Shown here one piece after another: positions 1 to 11,953 of a DNA stretch of 64,000 nt. Source of the DNA: Mobula birostris. Its lineage: Eukaryota. The stretch lies in NCBI RefSeq assembly GCF_030028105.1, contig NC_092381.1, forward strand, positions 60,600,505 through 60,664,504. Reading direction: 5' to 3'. A program made the translations under genes and the position numbers. Under the pieces are notes generated by a model that saw only the letters and a program-made list of their open reading frames with translations, ran no database searches and had not been told where the DNA came from. The number at the start of each line of letters is the position of its first letter. Position 1 is the stretch's first letter.

Positions 1-316
1 ATATATATATATATAGGCATCCGTTAGTCTTGTGAGACCATGAATTTGCACCTTGGAAGGTTTCCAGGGTGCAGGACTGGGCAAGGTTATATGGAAGACC
101 GACAGTTGCTCATGCTGCAAGTCTCCCCTCTCCACGCCACCGATGTTGTCCAAAGGAAGGGCATTAGGACCCATACAGCTTGGCATCAGTGTCATCGCAG
201 AGCAATGTGTGGTTAAGTGCCTTGCTCAAGGACACACATGCTGCCTCAGCCAAGGCTTGAACTAGCGACCTTCAGATCACTAGACCAATGCCTTAACCAC
301 TTGGTCACGTGCCAAC
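1..316 (-). mobile_element. tRNA-derived SINE with CORE-like central motif and (TA)n tail
   Basis: Reverse complement starts GTTGGCACGTGACCAAGTGGTTAAGG (A-box-like) ... GTTCAAGCC (B-box-like), then GTGTCCTTGAGCAAGGCACTTAACC (resembles the start of the CORE domain); ends in (TA)n at 1-14. Confidence 0.8.
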
Positions 317-660
317 TAATTCAGTGAATATTAAGGAAGGAGAAACAGAAGTTCCTTTTTGAACAATGAAAATATAATAGCAAAATACATTATCATCAAA
401 AATTTAATATAAGGCTACAAATACAAATACCAAAAGCTTCCCACAATGACCATTATGGACTGCTGCTCCACTGGGTTAGGAACAGGGGTTAGGAGATATT
501 TTGCTTCTGGTATTTATGTTTGAATACAGCCAAAACTAATAAGATAAAAACTTATTGTTTGAAACGTGACACAAAATACCTTTGGACAGTTACAAATGAG
601 GCTTAACAATTCTAGCATACCACTCCGGCACATTGTTAAGTATACAGCACATCAATACAT

Positions 661-1497
661 AAGGGGGAGGAGCTAAATATGGCACCAGAGGGTGATTTCT
701 TCTAGTTCATCTTTCCTTTAATGTTACTTCTTTCCTTTTCAAGGTGGTCAGAATCCTGTTGGAGCCCATGATTTACAGCTGCACCAAAACTGCAGAGTGG
801 CTTCCCACTCTTGAAGCTCACTGAGCAGCCTAGTATTTTTGATATCTCCAGGAACAGCCTGTAAGATGTGAGCCTTCAGGGTGCAGCCTTGTAGACAACC
901 CGATTCCTCGCTGGTGTCATGGGAGATTGGAATATTGAAACAGTGGGTGCGGCCACTGGAGGCCTTTGCGCTCCAGTAATCTCTCTCTCTCTCTCTCTCG
1001 ATGGTGAGAGACAGTCTGTTGCTGATCTCGAGTCAGGAGAACTAGAACTAAAGTGATGTTATAGACTGTAACATTGAAACAGCAAGCTGCTGCTCTCCCC
1101 TGTTGCGGTGGCAGGAATTCTCTTTTTTTTTATTTTCTCTCTCTCTCTCACACAGAGGTTGTGCGATTTTGAACTGTTGGGATGGACAGTGGTTTTTGTT
1201 GGACTCCAGATCATCGTCTCCTTGGGGGCTTTGCTACTGCTTGCACGGCGAGTGGGCACGTGGTGGGGGCTGATACATGCTGAAGCAGGTGGGGGGAAGG
1301 CGAGGGGGAGGGTTGATACTTTGCTGCTGTTGCTTGTGCATGGGAGGGGAGGAGGGGCTTTGGGGTTCTAACATTATTCTGTAATTCGTTGTATGGAGGT
1401 TTTTCCTTCTGTTTCGTGGATGTCTGTGAAGAATAAGAATTTCAGGCTGTACACTGTATACATTCTCTGATAGTAACTGGAACCATTGAGCCACCTG
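661..1497 (+). mobile_element. Non-coding (non-autonomous) retroposon, family shared with ~27725-27900, 33080-33445 and 38235-39020
   Basis: 3' end AAGAATTTCAGGCTGTACACTGTATACATTCTCTGAT...GAACCATTGA recurs in three other places in the window; G/T-rich body, no ORF. Confidence 0.6.
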
Positions 1498-1779
1498 AAA
1501 AATTACATCCACTAACTTCAGTTGCTAACACATTCACACCACAATTACTCTCCTCACTTTCACTAACTTTATACAAAATTGATCATTTTGCTTGCAAGAC
1601 CACTGGAAGCTTAAAACAGGATGAAGAGTAACATTCTTGAAGGAAACAAGAGTTATCCTTAATTAAGATTTTAATTTCAAACATCATGCAATATACCAAG
1701 CCTGACAGCCCTCATGTGATAATATATGCAATCCAAGAATAAACTTTCCTTATTTTCAGAGGCAATTCTTCATTCATCC

Positions 1780-2165
1780 ACACTTCTGCTCTCACCTTCT
1801 CATCTCATCTCATTTACGCCAGGTCAATGTATAACATCCTCAGCTTTCAGCCTATCAGTCTCTATAGTTTCAATGGCCTCATGTCTTTATTTTTTTCTTT
1901 CCTCAGATCAGGCTGTACCTCTTTGCTTTAGTTGTTTATTTTTTCCCCCTATCCTCCAACCAATAATCCTTTTGAAGTATTTTTGCCTCTTCTGTCTGCC
2001 CCTCTGCAACATAAAACACATTCGTCTTCTTACTTTTCCAATTCTGAAGAACAGCCTTTGACACGAAACAGCAAATCCATTTCTTTCTCCACAGATGCTG
2101 CTCAACCTGCTGACCAATTTTTTGTTTCGTTTTGGATTTCTAGTATCTGCAGTATTTTGTTCCAA
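1780..2165 (+). mobile_element. Old Penelope-like element terminal repeat remnant
   Basis: Pyrimidine-rich tract, CTGAAGA...GAAAC decayed hammerhead (2044-2069), then CAGATGCTGC...CCTGCTGA...ATCTGCAG tail shared with other PLE copies. Confidence 0.6.
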
Positions 2166-3044
2166 TTGAATAATTTTAAGTGATCATGCCTGAAAAACTC
2201 AACTTCATTTGGGTAGAAATTGGACCGGAAGTAATGAGTCCTGTGTTTGGAATAAGACTGGCACTTCTGACACTTTGTCCTTGGACCTTTTTCTGGTATA
2301 CTGGACCACTGCAATGTGCTGTCACTTTTCTTGGGATGAATTACAAAGATACATATATAAACTTCAGCTTGTCCATTTTAACCTAGAGGAAGAAATTAGT
2401 CATGTCTCCACTTCTCTGAATTGCTCGACTTCCATGCAATTTTGTTCCTCTACATTATGAATTAAAAATCACAAAGTGTTACTTCTTTTGGAAACTCCTG
2501 ACTTCCAGATGATTAGGTATAATCAGAACCAGGTAGTCCTCTAAGCCATTGTAGATAGCGATTGTTTAATTTGAACAGCATATAATATTTAGTAAATATA
2601 GTTTAATTGATCATACTAGAAATAATAAAGAATACAAGAACATTTAATGAAATAAAGCAGTGATGGGGAGCAAGTCTACGATAGGAACACTGAAAGTTAA
2701 GTTCATTAATGTTGATGGGAACTAGGAAATCAACATCAGAATTATAAATACAAGTAGTTATAATTGCTCTTAGCTACCTACTACAAGATTAACTATCTCA
2801 AATCCTATGAAACAGAACTGTTACCTGCCCAAGATCTTATAAGAACTGCCCAGCACCTGACTCATTTGTGGAGACACTAACTAGCAAAATGTCAAGCTGA
2901 AAATATATATTTTGGTAATAAGAAGTGGGAATGTAGCATGCACAATTCAAAAGTGGTACAAGAAGAGAAAGGCATTGGGATACTATATATTTATTGGGAT
3001 ACTATATATTTATATAATCCATTAGAGTGAGCTAAAGCATAAGA

Positions 3045-3520
3045 ATCAAAATCGGGTTTATTATTAGTGACATATGTTGTGAAACAATACTTTACAGCTG
3101 CAGTTCAATGCAAAACATAAAAATGACAAGTTACAAAATAAATATACAGTATAAAAACTGAACAATGAGGTAGTATTCATGGATTCATGGACCAGTCAGA
3201 AATCTGATGGCAGAGGGGAAGAAGGAATTCCTAAAATGTTGAGTGTTTGTCTTCAGGATCCTGTGCCTACCTCTTCTCTGATGGTAGTAACAGAAAGAGG
3301 ACCTATCCCAGGTGGTGAGGGTCTTTAATGTTGGATGCTGCCTTCTTGAGGCAATACTTCTTGAAGATGTCCTTATGGAAAGCAAGGCTGAATCTACAAT
3401 CGTCTACAATCTTTTGCAATCCTGTGCATTGGAACCTCCACACCAGGCTGTGATGCAACCAGTAAGACTGCTCGCCACTGTACACCTGTTTGGTGAGATA
3501 GCAAATTTCCTCAAGCTCCA
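3045..3520 (-). mobile_element. Rex1/Babar-like LINE 3' fragment
   Basis: Minus-strand peptides KKAASNIKDPHHLG and TQHFRNSFFPSAIRFL, typical of the C-terminus of this LINE group. Confidence 0.75.
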
Positions 3521-4740
3521 CAGAAAAATGAAGAATAGACCATGTGCTTCATTGATACAGGAAAGAACACTGGAGCAAAAAAGTCACAATGAACCTCTGT
3601 AGACCACTAACTTGGCCACAACTGGATTGTAATGCCCAGCTCTACGTGGCTCACCTCAGGAATGATACAAATTTATTAAAGTTGTAGATGAGATTCTGGA
3701 GATAAAGTATTTCAGTATTTTGAATACACAATAGAAGCTATGGTTGTTGAGGTAGATGAGAATGTGGGGAGACTAAAAATGGGATTAATGTAGGATCAAA
3801 AATGGGTGCATAATGGTCAGTGTGGAATCTTTGGATAGAGTAGTTGTGACAAATCTGACTGGGGAATTTAAAAGTAGTGAAAGGCAGATAAAGAGAATTT
3901 GTTTCCATGGGCAGGGGGATCAACACCTATTACAACAATGACTTTATAAAACAATGGCTCGGTCACGATCAAACTCAAAATTGTAGCAAGCTAGTAATCA
4001 GTAAAAGTGCTCAATGTGACATGAAGAAAATCTTTTTGCCCAACAAGTGGTTCACATCTAGAATGTACTGTGAGGGGTCAAATTGATATAAGATTCAATT
4101 GTTGCATTCAACAATTAGAGAGTGGGACTGATTGGATTACTGACAGAGTTGGCATGGACGGGTAGAAATAAACTCTAATGTCTGTAACAATTCTGTGATT
4201 CTATGCAAAGAAGCTTACCTTGACCGATATTTAACTATAAACTGATGGCATGTTATACAAATGAAAATGTCACCCTAACATACTGCGCAAATCCTCTCCA
4301 AGGCAGCATGTCAACTTAAGAACACAGGCGCAGGGTAATTCACTTAGCCCTTCAATCCTGCCTTCCCATTCAATACAATTATGTCTGATCTGCCTCAGGC
4401 CTCATGTCTCTGTGCTAGTTCTCCGTGGCCCTCATTTCCATGATTTAAAAAAAATATAAGTTTCCCTGTTGCTTCTTGACTTCTATTCAGTCATTGCAAG
4501 TACTGCCTAGAATATTAAAAATGTATCATAAGGATGAAGTTCATTGTTCCGACAGTAGGTGGCAGAATTCAGTCAATTTTATTTTCTTGAAATCTGTCCT
4601 TCCACAAACAAGAACTATCATTCTAAATCAGAGTTAAGGAGGTAGGGTTGGGCTCTTTGCAGATGTTTCATATGAAAATTATCTGCTACACTGAGGTAAA
4701 CACAATGTTTGCACACGGCCTGGATCAGATTGTAAGCGCT

Positions 4741-5131
4741 GATTGGACAGGCCAGCATATCTGTAGTCGTGAACTTCCCATGATTCAGGACATTTACAAG
4801 GACAGGTGTGTAAAAAGGGCCTGCAGGATCACTGGGGACCTGAGTCACCCCAACCACAATCTATTCCAGCTGCTACCATCCAGGAGATGGTACTGCAGCA
4901 TAGAAGCCAGGACCAACAGGCTCCGGGACAGCTTCTTCCACCAGGCCATCAGACTGATAAACTCATGCTGACTTGAGTGTACTCTATATTACATTGACTG
5001 CTCTATTTATTATAAATTATTACAAATTACTATGATTGCACATTGCATATTTAGATGGAAACGTAACGTAAAGATTTTTACTCCTCATGTATGTGAAGGA
5101 TGTAAGAAGTAAAGTCAATTCAAGTCAATTC
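4741..5131 (+). mobile_element. Rex1/Babar-like LINE 3' end
   Basis: Peptide LPMIQDIY..RC..RA.RI..DLSHP...LFQLLPSRR....ARTNRLRDSFFHQAIRLIN, then AT-rich 3' UTR and (TCAAT)-like tail. Confidence 0.85.
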
Positions 5132-5624
5132 AATGCAAGGCATTTGGACATAGACCTAACAGAGGACACTTACAAAAAAAACCAAAAAATGTTTCTAGCT
5201 TCGCAGATAACGATGTGCAAAAGAAGAGTAAAAGATAGTTTGGAGTTCTTCACAAATCAACTTCTCACCTTCCATTTAGTCCCTGCATTTTTTTTTACTT
5301 TTATTGTGTTTGAGATTTTCTTCATGAAAGGTATTTGTTTTTACATTACACTGGTACTGAAATAAACTTCTTCTTTGACATATACAAAAATGTTACAGCA
5401 TATAGAGATTGGATTAAAATCAGATTTTGGTCAAGTTAAGCTTCATTGATCAGTAACCAGATGGCCAGTTTACCCAGTGCAAACATGCTAAATGAAGAAA
5501 ATCTATTTAGTGTATCCTACTTTCCAGCTCTATCTATAACTTAATATACAAAGGCATCAATAAATATTCATCCAAGTACTTTCTAATTTCAAAGCATTCT
5601 TTCTCAGAATAAAAGCTACATAAT

Positions 5625-5975
5625 GATCCAGACGGCAGAGTTGCTGCGTCACAGCCACAATGACTGTGTCCACCCTGGCATCCAGTGCTTTGGGAGGAGT
5701 TAGCACATTCTCCCTGTGACTGTGTGGGTTTTTTTTCCAGGTGCTCTAAGTTTCTCTCCCCTGCTCCTCCCCAAGGCATTTAGATTGTTAGGTTGATTGC
5801 CACTGTATCTTATCCCTGTAAATTGTGTGATAACCCACACATTGTAAATTGTGTGGTGGGATCTGGGGAAATTGATGGGAATATAGGGAGAATGTAATTG
5901 GATTAGAGTAAATGGGTGCTTGAAGACTTGGTGTGCTGAAGGACTTGTTTTCATACTGTATGACTCTTAAACTCA
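5625..5975 (+). mobile_element. V-domain tRNA-SINE (HE1-like)
   Basis: GGAGTTAGCACATTCTCCCTGTGACTGTGTGGGTTTT...GGTGCTCT matches the V-SINE core; CR1-like 3' tail ACTGTATGACTCT. Confidence 0.7.
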
Positions 5976-6049
5976 AACCGGCAATTCACAGTTTTCACTT
6001 CATTTTATAACCTACAGAGGTGAAACTCAACTTTGCTATCCTCTACACT

Positions 6050-6205
6050 GCCTTTTCACTTATTTCATCATAGTCCTAATGAAGGGCCTCAGCCCAAAAT
6101 GCCAACTCTTTAATCCTTTCCATCCATTTTACCTGACCTGCTGAGTTCCTCCAGCAGTCTGTTTGTTACGCTAGATTTCCAGCATACGCAGAACCTGTTG
6201 TGTTT
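6050..6205 (+). mobile_element. Penelope-like pseudo-LTR fragment with decayed minimal hammerhead
   Basis: AGTC CTAATGA AGGG CCTCAG CCC AAAA TGCCAACT followed by CCTGACCTGCTGAGTTCCTCCAGCA. Confidence 0.75.
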
Positions 6206-7104
6206 ATTCCTTTATTGTATTGTCTTTTATTTTCTTCAGACTTAGTAATGCACTGCATTGTACCTTGGCCTATCATTTAAGCTTTTCACTTGAAAAGAAT
6301 CATATTTACTCTGTTGGAGATTCAACTTCAAGGTTTCAACCATATTCCTTTTCAATCTGCATTCCAATCTTTTACAACTTTTTGATTTTTTAATCCAGAG
6401 TTTAATGTTTTAATCTGTTGACATTATTACTATAGTGGGGTTCTGGAGGCACAAATTCAAAGTCCATCATGGCAGCTGAAAATTTCAATCCACTGAATTA
6501 AACAAACTCAGAACATAAAGAACACCAGTATTGCTAATGGTTACTGGAAGCACTGTCTTGTGAAAACCATCTGCTTCACTGATGTCATTTATGAAAGAAA
6601 CCTGCCTGTCCTCACCTGGTCCGTTCTACTCATGCTCACATTGAATTTCATTCTCAAGATCATTATATTGAATAACTGTCACCAAAAGCACATCAGACCG
6701 ATCACCTGAGATCTCAGGGCTGATCCTGTTTGTAATTCAGAGCAGAAGCTATGTAGAAGCGACAGCTCTCGCATAAAGGGGTTGCTCCACTCCTGGTTAA
6801 AAATAAAGCAAAATAACCGAAGGGGAGAACTTACTGCTTCCGTTTTCTTGGTTGAAGGCTGTTTTGGTGTTTTCCTTACCCCCTCCTCACAGCTATACAC
6901 CAGTCTGTTTGCCAGGAAGCAAAATATCAAGTTCTGGGATTGAATGAGCGACAGGCTTTATAACATGAATAGCTTTGGTTAGTTATCTTCAGGATAATGT
7001 TTAGATATTATTAAAATCAGAACACAAAAAGCTAATAATTTCTAATTCTCAAACGGTTTGGTCAGATTGGCCAGACGAATTAAATCCATTGACTGATAAT
7101 AGAT

Positions 7105-7770
7105 AACTGTGGTGAGGAAGGCAAATGTAACGTTAGCATTCATCTCAAGAGGACTAGAATATAAAAGCAAGGATGTAATGTTGAGACTTTATAAAGCACT
7201 GGTGAGTCATCATTTACAGTAGTGTGAGCAGCTTTGGGCCCCTTATCTTCGAAGGGATTGCTGAAACCAGAGAGGGTTCAAAGAAGTTTCATGAAAATGA
7301 TTCCAGGATTGAATGGCTTATCATATGAAGAGCTTTAGATGGCCCTGGGTCTATATTCACCGGAATTCAGAAGAATGAGGGGTGTCCTCATTGAAACCTA
7401 TCAAATGGTGAAAGGCCTTGGTAGAGTGGATGTGGAGAGGATGTTTCTACAGTGTGAGTGTCGAAGATCAGAGGACACTGCCTCAGTAGAGGGGCATCCT
7501 TTTAGAACAGAGATGAGGAGGAATTTTTTTAGCCAGAGAGTGGTGAATCTGTGGTATTCTTTGCCACAGGCAGCTGTGGAAGACAAGTCTTTATGTATAT
7601 TTAAGGCAAGGGTTGACAGATTCTTGATTAATCAGGGCATGAATGGCTATAGGGGGAAGGCAGGAGACTGGGGCGGCAAGGAAAAATGGATCAGACATAA
7701 TGAAATAGCAGAGGAGACTCGATGGGCCAAATGGCCTAATTCTGCTCCTGTATCTTATGGTCTTATGGAC
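7105..7770 (+). mobile_element. CR1 LINE 3' fragment (ORF2 C-terminus plus 3' UTR)
   Basis: Peptides LYKALV..HLQ...QLWAPYL, RRMRGVLIETYQMVKG, RRNFFSQRVVNLWYSLP; tail TCTTATGGTCTTATGG. Confidence 0.9.
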
Positions 7771-9299
7771 ATCACTAGTGGCATTTCTATTTGCATTTTA
7801 ATCTGAGACAAAACAGTTCATTAGCAAATTGGGAAATTGAAACTTATTGAAAGTTTGATATCTTGAGTGTATCAGATTATCAAGAACCTTAGCTGAACAA
7901 ATGGTTGAGGATGAAGCAAACCAAGGGTAATAATATTTCTGATTAAGGTTAAAACATTTTGATTTCAAATTCAGTAAAAGCTCCCTTAATGCAGAGAGCT
8001 GAAGGAAAAATCAGCAGTCAAATCTATTATTTACACAACCAAGATAGAAATACTGTCTGAACTAAGCTTTAATAGGAAAAGTGGCAAAAGAAATCTGGTT
8101 AATGATTGCTAGGCACTATATTTGGCAATTCAATCTTTTGTTATTTTCTGTGCTATTGGAAGTTGCATGAAATAAACAACAATATTTTGTTCAGTTCCAT
8201 AACCTACAGGAAATATATCAGTTTCTTGGTTTATGTTTGGTCTTGTCTCAATTGAATATTTATTAATTTAGCCACAGGGAGGCAGGATTCTACATAAAAC
8301 GACACAGTGTTCATAAAGAGAGGGAGAAATACTAATATAGGCAAACCTAAGACAGTGTTCATCCATTGTAAATCGTAATATAGTCGCATCTTAGGTTTAT
8401 GCATTCTGAGTTAATTCATTTTTAATTCATTCGTCCACTGATTACTGACATAAAAGTGGACAGGTTTTAGTTTTATTTTCTCTCTTGCACAGGCACTATA
8501 GAAGAGAGCAATTATAATATGTGTAGATTAAAAGACAGCTTCAATTTCAATGCAAGCACTAGAATTTTACATGAAAATAAAAGAAAGGAAACATTTTAGT
8601 TTAATCTGTAAACCCCAGATGCAAACTTTCAGTCACTTCGCCCTGAATTTTCAGAAGGTAGCAATTGACTAGTACAGCATGTGAAGTAACAGTTCTGCTT
8701 TTCCTGCTGACGTGCTTTAGACTGACAGGAAAATTAAGGAGGAACAAGAGACCATGTATAGACCAGCCTCTGGATAAAAAAACAAGTTGCCTCTCAGATT
8801 CCTATTAAAACTCTCTCTTCTCACTCTCAGTCTCTGTAATCTGGTTGTTGATTCCCCAATTCTGGGAAGACTGTCTGCATTCACTCTATTTTATACAGTT
8901 ATACATCACTCCTCATTCCCCAACACTCCAATGAATAAAGTCCTAGCCTGTTCAATCTCTCTTTATATCTCAGTGCCTTGAAGCACAGCAACATCCTCAA
9001 CAACTCAGCAGGTTGAGCATCATCTGTGGAGGGAACAAAATCTAAATGTTTCAGGTGAACTTTCAGCATCAGGACTGAAAAAAAATGAAGATGCTGGTTT
9101 CCAGCTAATGAGCTGTGGGAGCTTGATCAATGGTTATTATCCATCAGCATGGAGACAACTCTGATCAAAGAGGTTTCAAATGTAACTCAAGGCTTCACAA
9201 TGATGAATTCACTATTTTACCTGCAGCAATGGTCAATATTGATTGTTCTCTTCTTGTACTTTCTACTGACCGGAGAATTTGCTGTAGTTTTCATATATT

Positions 9300-9520
9300 A
9301 TGAGAGGATGAGGCACCTAACAATACTGAGGATGCTCTCTATGGTGACAGTGTAGAATTGCGCCATAATATTCTGGGGAAGAAGGAATTCTACAAATTGC
9401 CACAGGACGTACATCCTCTGCTGAGCCTTTCTTATTAATGAAGGAAATATGGTTCTCCCACATGATGTTTTGCAAAATAATGATGCCCAGGAACCTAAAA
9501 ATTGAAATGGCTCTAACTGT
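9300..9520 (-). mobile_element. Rex1/Babar-like LINE fragment
   Basis: Peptide LIRKAQQRMYVL...FYTVTIESILS. Confidence 0.7.
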
Positions 9521-10679
9521 AAAGTTGTTGTTGATCCTTGCCTCATTTCCTGAATAAAAACATCTAAAAAGTGTTTAAACCATGGAAAGCCCAATGTTTA
9601 GTGAAAATAGTTCTGGCCAACTATGGGTTGTTTTCTTATAAAGAATAATTCTGCCTCCTAAGACTTTCAATCTCTTGTTCTGAGATAAACAGCAATTTAT
9701 CTAGACCCGGTGTTAAAAAAAACATAGAAGTGTAACAAAGCTATTTGACAATTCAAGTTACCAACTCTTTGCACTCAGATGCAATGCAACTTACAACCAC
9801 AATATTAGAAGACCACAACTACATATAGTCAAGCATTTTTCTTATTGCATGCCTGTACACCATGAAAAGCATCTGATTATTTCCCTTATGAGCAGAAGTC
9901 TCTTCTCCTCTAAATGGTCCGATTACCTCATACAGTTAGACTGGCCAGAAAATGAGCCCAACACCATTGTGTCTGCCTGCATGGATGTGTACTCATCTCC
10001 AATATGCACGGTCCTCATACACTTCTTTAACCATCATCTATCTGACAGCGTATGTTGCAGCTTTTCTCTTCAATGACAGTTAACACGCTTAAACACCTAA
10101 TAGATCACCCTTGAGTTCAGAGCTGACCACATTAGTTAAGCTTGTTGCTGGATGAGTTTCTTTCTTTCTTTCTCTCTCTCTCTCTCCTGTTTCAACAGCT
10201 AGACTACGTCCATAGATTTCACTGCATTAACTAATACATGTCCCAACCAGGATGACTTCAGCCAGCTAAGGAGTGAATCATTTAAATCGGTACTACCTGT
10301 TGAGCCATGACAGAAGCTAGCAGCTGGTCTGTTCCAGCATATAGGTTTTGAGCTGCTCACTTTGTCAGGAAACTACTGAGGTAAGCATCCTGTGAGAAGC
10401 GTAGCAGAAGTGGCACTGGTCATGACCAAGACAGGCTCTGTGGGAGCCCTGTGTGGAGGCAGCAGGAGCACATGTTTATAGCAGCAACCAGTTCCAAAGC
10501 TGCATCCGTGCTGAGGCTCATCCATGCTGTATCCATACAGATTGGGGGCAACTCCTGTCATAATGGGGCAGCTCTATTTATCCCATGACCCTTTAACCTG
10601 ACATTAGGCTACTCATTGGAAAATCTCAGAATCAGGATCATTTTTGGGGGAATTCAGAAAAGCTTTGAGTACAGTTGTG

Positions 10680-11045
10680 GGGAGAGTTACCAGGCAAAGA
10701 GAGACAGATCCAAAAGACATGTCCAAATCTTCCTTGAAAATATACAATATCACCCCACATAGCTGGGAACCATTGGCCTAAAAGCGAGCATGCATGATGG
10801 AACTTCAATGCCATTAACTAGAAGCACAAAGAAGCCCTTTGCAAGTCACGCACTACTTACCCGTTCACCCACCCTATTAGGGCCACTCTGTCTCACAAAC
10901 TACTAACCCACCAACCCCAATGACCGCCACTAATGCCATCTGTGGAAAAGTCTGTCATTCTCACATTGGCATCAATAGTCACCTCAGAACCCACATAACC
11001 AAGGTGGATGCAAGTCATTCTCAATACTGAGGGACTGTCTAAAAA
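10680..11045 (+). mobile_element. RTE-clade LINE 3' fragment with terminal Zn finger
   Basis: Peptide AICGKVCHSHIGINSHLRTH near 10935-11000, followed by a short 3' UTR (CAAGTCATTCTCAATACTGAGGGACTG). Confidence 0.6.
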
Positions 11046-11363
11046 TAGGAAGATGAGCAATAAGGTCACAAAACGTAGGAGTAGAATTAGTCAATTTGCC
11101 CTTTCAGCTTTGCTCCCCTCAATCCTATTTAAATGCCACTTTAAATATACCCAATGATTTGGCCTCCACAGCTGTCTGTGCCCATGAATTCCATAGATTT
11201 ACCACCCTCTGGCTAATGAAATTCCTGCTCATGAACGCTAACATTGCATGTGTGTTGCTTACCACCAACAAAATGATGATACAGAAAGTTCCTTGCACCC
11301 TGGAGCATAGCCTTCCAACTTGCCTATTTTTTAAAACTTTTATTTTTTAACCCCCATTGTATG

Positions 11364-11953
11364 TGTAAGGGGTTTCTTCTTTCATGTTACTTGCTAAGGC
11401 TAATAAAATGGCTTCTTTGTAATGTTAACTAATGAGGTAATGTTCTCTGTAGCAACATGTTTGGGTTATAATTAGCGATAACGGGATTTATATTCATTTG
11501 CTAACCGATTGGGATAGATGTTATTCTTTCTTGTGTATCTGAAAGCTGTTGTTTGTGCAGGATTTGAGACAGAAGGCGCGAGGAGGATGAAGAGAGAAGA
11601 GGTGGGTTGAGCAGACAGTTGCCAGACCTGCTGGGCCTGGGCTCGGGGCAGGAGCCCAGGGGCCGACAGCGAAAGGGAATCCGTGAGCTCCAACGTTTGT
11701 GCACTGGACACATTTATGAGATTATTGGCACCTTTTATTTGTTTTCCTTTTCTTTTGTTTCTCTACTAACCCCATACTTAAATACAAAATCTTAATCGTT
11801 TAACTGCACATTGTGGGCTGAATGTTATTTCGGGGTACAGATGTTACACAGGGGACACAACATGCAGCATCCACCCAAACAAGAGTGCTAAAGTTTGGCC
11901 GGGTAGTGGGCGCCATCCTCAAGATCATGCCACTAGATACAACGAGTCTTACA
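11364..11953. mobile_element. Solo LTR (590 bp), Gypsy-type by its 4-bp TSD
   Basis: Termini TGTAAG...CTTACA; perfect TSD TATG at 11360-11363 and 11954-11957; homologous to 23755-24326. Confidence 0.85.

Noticed and set aside
250-316. Genuine tRNA gene
   Set aside because: The tRNA-like head continues into a SINE body and tail; no full cloverleaf or Pol III terminator.
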